Shown here: positions 38,351 to 46,513 of the stretch, piece by piece
Layout: every line of letters starts with the position of its first letter
Position numbering within the stretch: the first letter of the stretch is position 1
Assembly: GCA_025774845.1 (NCBI GenBank)
Contig: JALGZP010000004.1
Coordinates: forward strand, 1,975 to 65,974
Reading direction: 5' to 3'
Source of the DNA: a bacterium
Lineage (GTDB): Bacteria; Arandabacterota; Arandabacteria; Arandabacterales; Arandabacteraceae
DNA: 64,000 bases
Program-made: the position numbers and the translations under genes
The notes under the pieces: generated by a model
What the model was told of the DNA's origin: nothing
What the model saw: the letters and a program-made list of their open reading frames with translations, nothing else
Databases searched by the model: none

Positions 38351-38914
38351 TTACGTGCCGCCCATCTGCGGTAGCTGCGGAGGCCAGTTCACGACTAGAA
38401 TCCTGGCTGCCGAACGACCGCGGTTCAAGATTGAATGCTCTTTGTCTGCTCTGAAACTGAAACAGTCACCGACCCTTGCGGTTGCCGACCGCTTTCCCAG
38501 TGTAACCTGTACCTGCCCCTGAATCACATATCCGAACTCTTCCCCGAAATGGGGGCTGTCCGGCCCGATTCGCTCGTCGGGCGAAAGTGTCACCAGGGAA
38601 GGCTCCATTTCCTTCATTGCCGAACTCGGTATCAGAAGCTCGTGCTTCTCCCTCCCCGTGACATCAAGAGTGACCCTGTCCTTCTTCTTGAAGACGAACG
38701 GCATCTGCGCGTCCTCGGAAAAGAAAGTCGTCAGGCTTTCACCGAGCACCGTCAGAACCTGAACGAGTGTCTCCAGGGAGACAGAGCTCTTGTCGCTTTC
38801 AAGAAGAGAAATGAAGCCCTTGGTTAGCCCCGCCCTTCTCGCGAGCTCAGACTGCGTCAGCTCGTTCGCCAACCGTAACTCTCTGATGTGCTTGCCAACA
38901 TTCATTTGATTCAT
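38351..38914 (-). CDS. XRE-family HTH + cupin transcriptional regulator (PuuR-like architecture)
   Basis: N-terminal 'IRELRLANELTQSELARRAGLTKGFISLLE' HTH_3 and a C-terminal cupin barrel ('GEEFGYVIQGQVQVTLG...'). It is the first gene of the polyamine string. Confidence 0.8.
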   Translation of the reverse strand: MNQMNVGKHIRELRLANELTQSELARRAGLTKGFISLLESDKSSVSLETLVQVLTVLGESLTTFFSEDAQMPFVFKKKDRVTLDVTGREKHELLIPSSAMKEMEPSLVTLSPDERIGPDSPHFGEEFGYVIQGQVQVTLGKRSATARVGDCFSFRADKEHSILNRGRSAARILVVNWPPQLPQMGGT

Positions 38915-38946
38915 CCATGTACATAAACAAAAAGTTAAGTATTGCT

Positions 38947-38976
38947 AAGATAGACAGACTGGTGTATCTAAGTCAA
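38947..38976 (-). promoter_or_regulatory. Putative sigma-70-type promoter for the regulator/ODC/hss string
   Basis: The minus strand reads TTGACT-18 nt-TATCTT, about 30 nt upstream of ATG 38914. Confidence 0.4.
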
Positions 38977-39066
38977 GCGGTTTTTTCGGCAGTGTTTCGG
39001 ACCGACCTCCGGCCCGCCAGGACGCTCCCGTAACAACCCCTGGGTGTGGTATGCCGGCCGGCTGTT

Positions 39067-39119
39067 TGCCATTATGGCAGTCCCTGCCTCCAGTTCGGCA
39101 GACCAAGGTCATAATGGCA
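39067..39119. promoter_or_regulatory. Pair of candidate enhancer (UAS) palindromes upstream of the hsp20 sigma-54 promoter
   Basis: TGCCAT-T-ATGGCA (39067..39079, perfect 6-1-6) and GGTCAT-A-ATGGCA (39107..39119). Their centres are 40 bp apart and lie about 100-150 bp upstream of the -24/-12 element. Confidence 0.4.
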
Positions 39120-39209
39120 CGTCCTCACGCGGAACGGCCGATCACTCGGAAATCCCGTAATTGACATACATACAGGCTCTTACGCAATATCTAACCCGAT
39201 TCGAACTCC

Positions 39210-39225
39210 TGGCACACCCATTGCA
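39210..39225 (+). promoter_or_regulatory. Sigma-54 (-24/-12) promoter upstream of hsp20
   Basis: TGGCACacccaTTGCA matches TGGCAC-N5-TTGCA. The predicted TSS is near 39236. GGAGG lies at 39251..39255 and the ATG at 39264. Confidence 0.7.
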
Positions 39226-39263
39226 ATTACCCTCTGCTGGAACCAGAAAAGGAGGCTTAGGAG

Positions 39264-39713
39264 ATGAGACTGATAAGATGGACGCCTTTAAGAAACGTGA
39301 TGAGTTTCGGCGATGAGATGGACAATCTCCTCGGGGACCTGTACGGAAAGATGACGGTACCGGAAGACGGTCACGAGGGCGATTGGCTCCCCCCGCTGGA
39401 CATGTCAGAGGGCGAGAGCGATGTGACCGTATCGCTGGAGCTTCCTGGAATGAACAAGGAAGACATAAAGGTCAGCGTGAAGGACAATGTTCTTACGGTC
39501 AGCGGCGAAAAGAAGCAGGAAAAGACCGATGATGACGGCGAAAACTCATGCAGGATCGAGAGGAGCTACGGCTTCTTTAAGCGAAGCGTGAGCCTGCCTG
39601 CGGAGGTCGACGCAGCCAAGGTGAAGGCAACGTTTAAGGACGGGATCCTCAAGGTCGAGATGCCGAGAATCGAAGTGAAGAAACCGAAGGAGATACCGAT
39701 CCAGGTGTCGTAG
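39264..39713 (+). CDS. Small heat-shock protein, Hsp20/alpha-crystallin family
   Basis: 149 aa. Alpha-crystallin domain 'VTVSLELPGMNKEDIKVSVKDNVLTVSGEKK...RSVSLPAEVD...KATFKDGILKVEMPR'. Confidence 0.92.
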   Translation: MRLIRWTPLRNVMSFGDEMDNLLGDLYGKMTVPEDGHEGDWLPPLDMSEGESDVTVSLELPGMNKEDIKVSVKDNVLTVSGEKKQEKTDDDGENSCRIERSYGFFKRSVSLPAEVDAAKVKATFKDGILKVEMPRIEVKKPKEIPIQVS

Positions 39714-39725
39714 TACCGGGGAAAA

Positions 39726-39757
39726 GGGGGAGTCACGGATGACTCCCCCTTTTTTCT
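39726..39757. terminator. Rho-independent terminator, probably bidirectional (hsp20 / trkA)
   Basis: GGGGGAGTC-acggat-GACTCCCCC followed by TTTTTTCT on the plus strand. The minus-strand reading is followed by TTTTC. It sits between the convergent stops at 39713 and 39778. Confidence 0.8.
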
Positions 39758-39777
39758 ATTTGTCCGGAGCGGCTCGT

Positions 39778-40473
39778 CTACATGCTGCTGGCGAAACGTT
39801 CTATGTCTTTCTCAGCACCGACGACCACGAGGATATCACCGACCGTGATCTCGTCGTCCGGCTCCGGCAGCACGTTGAACCTCGGAGATTCTCCCTTTAT
39901 ATCAGATTGATCGGCCTTCCGCTTTATAACAACGATATTGCACCCGTACTTCTGTCTGAACTTGATCTCGCCGATCTTCTTGCCTACGAGCTCCTTCGAT
40001 ACGACAACCTGTGCTACGCTCAGACCTTCGAACAGCGAGGTTATGTCCACTATCCTCGAACTCATGAGGCTCTGTGCAACCCGGACACCGATCGCATCCT
40101 CGGGGAAGATCACCTGGTCGGCACCGATCAGCTCAAGGATCCGCTTCTGAACATCATTGCCGGCCCTGGCGATGACCTTGCTGACACCGATATCCTTGAG
40201 CATTGCCGTGGTGAGCAGATTCGCCTCGAAGTTCTGGCCTATCGCCACCACCGCCGCATCGACCTTGTCGATACCGTGCCCGATCAGGTTTTCCCTGTCG
40301 GCGGAGTTCATACAGATTGCCACTGGTACCAGGTTGCTGACCTCATTGATGATGTTCTGGTCCGTATCGACCGCAATAACATCGGATCCGCTTTTGGCCA
40401 GATGAGTCGCAACGGTGTACCCGAATCTCCCCAGGCCCATCACCGCAAAACGTTTTGCCGGCACCGTCATCAC
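39778..40473 (-). CDS. trkA: RCK-domain protein (TrkA/KtrA-type: TrkA_N + TrkA_C)
   Basis: 'FAVMGLGRFGYTVATHL' NAD-type Rossmann motif and a C-terminal RCK_C ('ITVGDILVVVGAEKDIERF'). The start is 10 nt after the upstream Na/Pi-cotransporter-family gene. Confidence 0.85.
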   Translation of the reverse strand: MMTVPAKRFAVMGLGRFGYTVATHLAKSGSDVIAVDTDQNIINEVSNLVPVAICMNSADRENLIGHGIDKVDAAVVAIGQNFEANLLTTAMLKDIGVSKVIARAGNDVQKRILELIGADQVIFPEDAIGVRVAQSLMSSRIVDITSLFEGLSVAQVVVSKELVGKKIGEIKFRQKYGCNIVVIKRKADQSDIKGESPRFNVLPEPDDEITVGDILVVVGAEKDIERFASSM

Positions 40474-40483
40474 CCCTTCTCAA

Positions 40484-42544
40484 TCATAGCTTTCCCAGAA
40501 CCGCGTAGGCTATTCCAGAAGCGTATGAGTTTATTCTCTTGAGGTCGCTTATCACATCTAGATAGACCGTACTGGTCTCGACGACCTCTTCCACGCTGCC
40601 GTGCAGCAGCGAGAGATGTTCCTTATGCAACTGCCGTTCAAGCAGATTCATCTCGGTCTTGCGCTCCACGACATCCTCAGCAAGTTTCTTGTCCTGTGAC
40701 GCGAATGAATCGATGGCCATCTGGAAGGTCTTCTCGATCTCGTCATGGTACTGCTCGATCCTCTCGAGTGCTTCGGTCGAGAATCTCGGAGACACGGTTA
40801 TTTTCTTCAATGCAAGGTCCATGAGACTCTTTGAGACCATATCGCCTATCAATTCGAGGTTCTTGACTATAAAAAGCAGCGAGACCGCCCTTTCGGCCTC
40901 TTCATCGGACATCTCTTTCTGTGAAAGCACCGTAAGGTACGGTGTTATGGACTCATCGAGGGTATCGATCTTATCATCCTCCTCGATCAGTCTCTCTCTC
41001 AGGGCTTCGTCGTCCCGCTTAAAAACATCTATGGCCTTTGAGAAAATGTTGTAGGTGATATCGGCCATCCTCAGGGTCTCCCGGGTCGCCTGACCGAGCG
41101 CAAGGGAAGGCGTATCCAGCACCTTCTGGTCCAGATACACTGGTTTGAAGGCTTTGAAGGACACTTCTTCTTCCTTTACCAGGAACCTGAAGAGCCACGC
41201 CCAGGGCTTAACGAAGGGGATAAAGAGCAGGGCCGCACCTATGTTGAAAAAACTGTGTGCGTTTGCTATCTGCCGCGTGAGACTGGGAGCGGTGCCAGCG
41301 ACAAGTCTGGCAAATGGACCGAGGAACGGAATAAGGAGAAGCACCGCCACCAGTTTAAAGAAGATGTGGGCCCAGGCGATTCGCTTGCCCTCTGCGCTGC
41401 TTCCTAAACTGGCAAGCAGGGCCGTGGCACATGTCCCTACGTTCGCACCGAGAACAAGCGGGATAGCCGTTTCCAGGTTGATCACACCCTGGAAGGCAAA
41501 TGTCAGCACAAGTCCGATCGTGGCCGCGCTGCCCTGTATTATAGCTGTAAATATCGCGGAGAACACTATGGCCAGCACCGGGTTTCTCTGGACACCCAGC
41601 ATGAAACTGACAAACGTGGGATGGTCTTTAGCCGGCGCAACGGCCCCGGACATTATGCTCATACCGAAGAAGAGAAGTCCGAACCCCATGACTATCTGCC
41701 CCAGCCGGGAGTAACGCTGTGTCCCTGCTATGAAAAGTACGAAGCCGATGGCTACGATAAGAAGCGCATAATCAAAGATTCTGAAGGCTATCAACTGAAC
41801 CGTCAGGGTGGTGCCTATGTCGGCACCAAGGATTACACCGAGCGACTGCTTGAGGACTATGATCCCCGCGTTGGCAAAACTCACCATCATGGCGGTGGTT
41901 GCGCTGCTGCTCTGAATTATAACGGTGACCACGATCCCGGTGAGCAGACCAAGAAACCTGTTTGCGGTCAGTTTACATACGGCATCCCTGAGCCTCCTCC
42001 CGGCGGCCTTTTGAAGCCCCCTTCCCCCGAACTTGATACCGAACAGGAAGATGGCGAGCCCACCGACGATCCCGAGGAGCATAAAGGCCAGCCAGTGGCT
42101 CCTGTATGCCTTGACCGTATAGATGATGAAATCCCCTTCGACAGACTGGGGCGAACACAGCACGTGAAATGTGCCCTGGCGTGAACCGAACCGGAGGGTC
42201 GTGCTTGCAATGCCCGATGGACCGCTCTCGACGAGGGGGTCCATTATCTGCGGCAAGCCGGCAGCCCCCTCGAACTTGCTCTCTTCCTCGACCAGCTTGA
42301 ATTCGATGGCGATCCCGCTCAGAGGTTCGCCGTTTTCATCCTTGACCTGCACCCTGAGGGGTCTAGCAAGGTAGGCCTCGGCGATGCCGATCTGGCTGTT
42401 CCCGGATATGTCCTCACCGTCTATGCCCTCAGGATAGGTGAGATGTACGGTCGTAGCCGAAAAGCATGCCGACGAGTACAGGCCCGAGAGCAGCGCAAAG
42501 ACGGCGGCAACGACCCAGACACTTTTGGTAGAATACATACGCAA
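40484..42544 (-). CDS. Na/Pi-cotransporter-family (NptA/YjbB-like) membrane protein with PhoU-like C-terminus and N-terminal Ig-like domain
   Basis: Twin repeats 'IIQSSSATTAMMVSFANAG' and 'IIQGSAATIGLV', with a C-terminal helical PhoU-like region. The N-terminal ~140 aa after the signal ('RVQVKDENGEPLSGIAIEFKL...GIASTTLRFGSRQGTFHV') resemble a Big_1/invasin-type Ig domain. Confidence 0.8.
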   Translation of the reverse strand: MRMYSTKSVWVVAAVFALLSGLYSSACFSATTVHLTYPEGIDGEDISGNSQIGIAEAYLARPLRVQVKDENGEPLSGIAIEFKLVEEESKFEGAAGLPQIMDPLVESGPSGIASTTLRFGSRQGTFHVLCSPQSVEGDFIIYTVKAYRSHWLAFMLLGIVGGLAIFLFGIKFGGRGLQKAAGRRLRDAVCKLTANRFLGLLTGIVVTVIIQSSSATTAMMVSFANAGIIVLKQSLGVILGADIGTTLTVQLIAFRIFDYALLIVAIGFVLFIAGTQRYSRLGQIVMGFGLLFFGMSIMSGAVAPAKDHPTFVSFMLGVQRNPVLAIVFSAIFTAIIQGSAATIGLVLTFAFQGVINLETAIPLVLGANVGTCATALLASLGSSAEGKRIAWAHIFFKLVAVLLLIPFLGPFARLVAGTAPSLTRQIANAHSFFNIGAALLFIPFVKPWAWLFRFLVKEEEVSFKAFKPVYLDQKVLDTPSLALGQATRETLRMADITYNIFSKAIDVFKRDDEALRERLIEEDDKIDTLDESITPYLTVLSQKEMSDEEAERAVSLLFIVKNLELIGDMVSKSLMDLALKKITVSPRFSTEALERIEQYHDEIEKTFQMAIDSFASQDKKLAEDVVERKTEMNLLERQLHKEHLSLLHGSVEEVVETSTVYLDVISDLKRINSYASGIAYAVLGKL

Positions 42545-42757
42545 ATGCCTTTACTCTATTTTAGCCTTTAAAGTTAAGGACGTGGGTTACGGTATGTCAA
42601 CCCAAAACGTCCGGAACCGCAAAGATTCCCCATTATCCGCAAACATAGTGACCCGGTTGCTCAAGCGGACCCCGAAGTCTGCCGATGATCTGATTAGATA
42701 GCCTGTACTGTCAGAACAGGCCGGAGAACTTGTATAGGAGTATCAAGAGGGTGACAG

Positions 42758-44494
42758 TTGCTGACTAGACTGCTACTGGTTCTTGCCGCCGTCACCGTCC
42801 TGTGGACGGCGACGTGCCTGGCCGAGGATGGAATGCCGGAGGAACCATCCGGTCCTTCCCTCGTCGCATCCGAGCTCTATGTGTGGAAGGGCGATCAGCA
42901 CCTCCGTGAGGGCCGGGTGGACCTTGCGACCGAGTCTTATCTTAAGGCGTCCAGATACATGCGGACCTCTCCCTCACCCCACTTCGCACTGGCCAGGGTG
43001 TATCTTAAGAGATCGCCCATGGATGCCTTCCTCGAGTTCGCTACCGGTCTGCAGCTGCTGATAAGCGACTTCTACTACCAGTCCCTGGTTGTCTCCAACC
43101 TGATGGTGATTGCCCTGCTTGCCGCAGGGGTCGGTATCTACATAGCAGTGATGGTAATCGTGATCAGACATTCAAGAACCGTGTGGCTTTCAACGGTACT
43201 GAGCATGCCGCCTGTTCTGAAAGGCCGGTACCCGGCCATGATCATGATCGCGTGCCTGTTTGCATTCCTCCTGATCCTCTCGGGCCGGAGCTTGTTAGGG
43301 ATCGTTACCTGGACCGCGGTCATAGGGTGCGGGCTGCTCTGGAGATTCGCCAGCGCTTCTGAAAAGCGAACGGTTGTAAGCTTTTTCGTATTCCTCGTCC
43401 TCCTCGGAGTTATCCTCGACGCCACCACGCTTGTCGTGTCGACCCAGCACCCTGATTCGCCACTGAGGCTTGCCTCACTGGCGGATAGAATCGGGCGAAA
43501 GAATCTGGAACGCGTCCTCAGGGAGGAGTCCACAGCGACCGAACCTGATGCTGTGAATGACTTCATGGAGGGCTTTCGGTATGTGAGAGCGGGAGAGTAC
43601 CCGCTTGCTATCGAGCATCTGGAAGTCGCTTTGAAGTCCGATCCTGACAACGCAGCGATTCTGAACAATCTCGGTGTGGCCTTTCACGGACTTGGCCGGT
43701 TCGACACCGCCCGGCAGAAGTTCGAGCGGGCAGTTGTGTTGAGCCCGCGCGATGCCGTGATCCACTACAACTACTCACAAACCCTGAACGAGCTGCTCCT
43801 CTACGATAAAGCACAGGAGGAGCTCGCCAAGGCATCGCTGCTGGATTTTGATCTCACGAGGATACTTATGGCCGAGGAAAGCGGGGCACCCCTTGTCCCG
43901 ATGAACCTGCAGGCCAGGGTGCTCTGGCAGCTGGCTCTTAATGCCGACAGACGTGTTGTCGGAATCGACTACCATCCCGTGGAATCCGGCATGGCGGGCA
44001 CTCTGATAATGATCGTTCTGGCGGGAGCCGCATTCGTGGCGATGAGACGTGCCGACTGCCCGGCCAGGTGTGAAGTGTGCGGATGCCCGGTTCAGACCCG
44101 TGTGACCAAGCGGAGAAGAAAAGACATACTGTGCCCTAATTGTCACCGGATAAGGACTCGCAGGGCGAATGACAATGACCGACTTGAACAGGAACTCAAG
44201 GGTCGGCTGGGTAAGATTAAATTCATGAAGACCGTTTTCAACGTGGTGATCGGGCTCCTGGTGCCCGGAGCCACTTACCACCTGTCGGGCAAGAGATTCA
44301 GGGGATTCATGGTATCCTTCGGGATCCTCTCCCTCCTGATCCTCGCCCTGACCGGAGGTGCGCTGATTAAGCCGGTGCCGCAGCTCAGGCTCGATCCTCT
44401 GACCGGTTGGGCACTGCCTGCATTTGTGCTGGCATATGCCATCTACGCCTGGAGATCCACGGTGACTGCGATACGCAGTGCAAGAGAAACTTAG
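42758..44494 (+). CDS. Polytopic membrane protein with TPR repeats and a CxxC...CxxC zinc ribbon
   Basis: TTG start and a signal-like N-terminus. It has several TM helices and a TPR block ('ALKSDPDNAAILNNLGVAFHGLGRFDTARQKFERAVVLSPRD'), then 'CEVCGCPV...CPNCHR' and two more TM helices. Confidence 0.6.
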   Translation: MLTRLLLVLAAVTVLWTATCLAEDGMPEEPSGPSLVASELYVWKGDQHLREGRVDLATESYLKASRYMRTSPSPHFALARVYLKRSPMDAFLEFATGLQLLISDFYYQSLVVSNLMVIALLAAGVGIYIAVMVIVIRHSRTVWLSTVLSMPPVLKGRYPAMIMIACLFAFLLILSGRSLLGIVTWTAVIGCGLLWRFASASEKRTVVSFFVFLVLLGVILDATTLVVSTQHPDSPLRLASLADRIGRKNLERVLREESTATEPDAVNDFMEGFRYVRAGEYPLAIEHLEVALKSDPDNAAILNNLGVAFHGLGRFDTARQKFERAVVLSPRDAVIHYNYSQTLNELLLYDKAQEELAKASLLDFDLTRILMAEESGAPLVPMNLQARVLWQLALNADRRVVGIDYHPVESGMAGTLIMIVLAGAAFVAMRRADCPARCEVCGCPVQTRVTKRRRKDILCPNCHRIRTRRANDNDRLEQELKGRLGKIKFMKTVFNVVIGLLVPGATYHLSGKRFRGFMVSFGILSLLILALTGGALIKPVPQLRLDPLTGWALPAFVLAYAIYAWRSTVTAIRSARET

Positions 44495-44503
44495 GATGCG
44501 AAT

Positions 44504-45565
44504 ATGAAAGGTGAAATAGGGACTTTCAGCGTTGCCGAAATCCTGCAGATGATTGGAATGCAGGAAAAATCGGGGCTCCTCAGCTTAAGGAGCAAGGGGA
44601 AGTCCGCGGTCCTCTTCTTCGACACCGGAAAGGTGCTGTCTGCGAGGGACCGGAGACAGGGGGCCCGGGACCAGTTCCTGTTCTATCTCCAGGAGAAGGG
44701 TGCGATCGGCGTGGAGGACTTGAACAGGATCGCCGAGATCAGGCAGGACTCCAGCGGTGACCTGGTCGACGTACTGCTCAACAACAAAATCATCGATGAG
44801 AAAAAACTGGGCAACCTCCTCAGCACTTATGCGGCAGATACCCTGGAAACCGTGGTCAAGTGGGAAACCGGAACATACGAGTTCGCCCCCTCTGTCGATT
44901 CACTCCCCGAAAAAGCAATAGTCACTCCGCAGAGACTTGAAGCCATCCTGATGGAGGCTCTGAGGCGGAAGGACGAGGTCGAAGAGATCCGGCGGTTCCT
45001 CCCCGGTTATGATACGAGAATCAAGGTCTCGGTCTCCGATATCACGGAACTGCCGCTCGAGGAGGCCGATGCAAGCGTTCTGGCGCTCGTCAATGGTAAG
45101 CGGACAATAGACGAGATCATCGACGATTGCGAAACCGACGAAATCGAGACACTTGATATCCTGGAGAGACTATTCGCGTTGGGAATCGTGTCCATTTCTG
45201 AAACGGATCAGGAGGGCCCCGGACACCTGCTGAAACGCTCGGCGCTCCAGTCTCTGATAACCACAGCTGCGATCATCACGGTGGCCGCACTACTTCGGTT
45301 CATCTGGCTTGCCCCCGGTGGACCGGATGAGCTTCCGCTCAGGCAGCTCAGAAATACCATCCAGGAGGTAACAGACCGGAGGGAAGTCCAGAATCTTCAC
45401 TTCGCCCTCGATGCCCACCACTATCTTCACGGGAAGTACCCGGAGCAACTGACTGAACTCGTCGCCATGGGTCTGCTCACCGGAGACCAGATAACGAACA
45501 GACACGGTAATACTTACGCCTACAGGTACTTTGTAACCGGGGAGCGTTACATCCTGTCACGGTGA
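44504..45565 (+). CDS. DUF4388-domain protein with TM helix and pseudopilin (GspG C-terminal)-like domain
   Basis: The N-terminus 'GEIGTFSVAEILQMIGMQEKSGLLSLRSKGKSAVLFFDTGKVLSA' matches the DUF4388 pattern. It has a TM helix 'LITTAAIITVAALLRFIWLA'. The C-terminal 'ALDAHHYLHGKYPEQLTELV...GNTYAYRY...YILS' resembles T2SS GspG-type domains. Confidence 0.6.
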   Translation: MKGEIGTFSVAEILQMIGMQEKSGLLSLRSKGKSAVLFFDTGKVLSARDRRQGARDQFLFYLQEKGAIGVEDLNRIAEIRQDSSGDLVDVLLNNKIIDEKKLGNLLSTYAADTLETVVKWETGTYEFAPSVDSLPEKAIVTPQRLEAILMEALRRKDEVEEIRRFLPGYDTRIKVSVSDITELPLEEADASVLALVNGKRTIDEIIDDCETDEIETLDILERLFALGIVSISETDQEGPGHLLKRSALQSLITTAAIITVAALLRFIWLAPGGPDELPLRQLRNTIQEVTDRREVQNLHFALDAHHYLHGKYPEQLTELVAMGLLTGDQITNRHGNTYAYRYFVTGERYILSR

Positions 45566-46510
45566 CGGGGAAGGCGTCCTTCCCTCTTCCGCCCCTTTAA
45601 GATTCGGATAGTCGAGCCCAAACCGTTTCGCGTAATAGACCTTGGCTGCGACATAGGAAGCTACACCGAGCAGCCCGAGCAGCGGAGCCTTCACACTTAC
45701 CAGGACAAAGAGTAGTCTGGTGCTGAACTGGCTTGCGACCACCGAGTTCTCATGAACCGGCTCGGCCGCGACGGCGACAAAAGCCGCCATGCTACCGAGT
45801 ACGGCCAGCCCGCAGAGCGTCTCACCTACGACGAATGCGCAGACGGCAGACAACACAAGCAGGACAAGCGCCGCACGGCTGGCGACCACCCTGCCGAAGA
45901 CAACGCACGAGGTCCGGTCACCGGCAACCCTGTCCCCTTCCTCATCCGGGATACACGTGTTGAGGAAGATGGCGGCCATAGCAAGTGAATAGGGTAATGA
46001 CCGGAACAGCAGGTCAATACCGATATCGGCAAACACAAGCCAGCCCATGGCGAATCCGATAACCCCGAACGCGACAACATTGGCAAGGAGGTCTCCGACC
46101 GGCCGGCCCTTGAGTCTCACGGGCCGCAACGAGTATGCAAGACCGAGCGCAAGGCCTGCCCACACGAGGTAGCGCAGCGTCACATCACGGTGGAGGCTGA
46201 ATATGACGGCAAGCACACCGGTCAGTACAAGGACCACCAGACTTTCGGGTATCGTCACCTTCCCCGACGGTAAGATGTAGGTCTTCCTGTTGACACGGTC
46301 GCTCTTAACATCGGTGATCTGGTTGACTACAAAAGCCCACGAGGTGACAAGCACAAAGAGGATGAGGTTGGGTACCGTTCTGAGCATAAATCCGAAGGGG
46401 TACGCACCCGAGCCCGGGCGAGCTGCTGACACGGCACCGGCAAAGAAGAAGACGCATGATGCACAGAGTAAGGCAGGCCGTATCAGAAAGAAGAGGTCGA
46501 AAAGCTTCAT
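45557..46510 (-). CDS. UbiA-family prenyltransferase
   Basis: Polytopic, with a first Asp-rich motif 'NQITDVKSDRVNRKTY' and a second 'CIPDEEGDRVAGDRT'. Convergent 9-nt overlap with the DUF4388 gene. Confidence 0.75.
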   Translation of the reverse strand: MKLFDLFFLIRPALLCASCVFFFAGAVSAARPGSGAYPFGFMLRTVPNLILFVLVTSWAFVVNQITDVKSDRVNRKTYILPSGKVTIPESLVVLVLTGVLAVIFSLHRDVTLRYLVWAGLALGLAYSLRPVRLKGRPVGDLLANVVAFGVIGFAMGWLVFADIGIDLLFRSLPYSLAMAAIFLNTCIPDEEGDRVAGDRTSCVVFGRVVASRAALVLLVLSAVCAFVVGETLCGLAVLGSMAAFVAVAAEPVHENSVVASQFSTRLLFVLVSVKAPLLGLLGVASYVAAKVYYAKRFGLDYPNLKGAEEGRTPSPSP

Positions 46511-46513
46511 CGT

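Noticed and set aside
39161-39190. TTGACA at 39161 as a sigma-70 -35 element for hsp20.
   Set aside because: No acceptable -10 hexamer lies at 16-19 nt spacing (TATCTA is 21 nt away). The sigma-54 element downstream is a much better match.
42694-42716. CCTGTACTGTCAGAACAGG looked like a LexA/SOS-box (CTGT...ACAG) near divergent promoters.
   Set aside because: The spacing is CTGT-N9-ACAG rather than N8. No similar site lies upstream of uvrA or recD2 in this window, and no lexA context is present.
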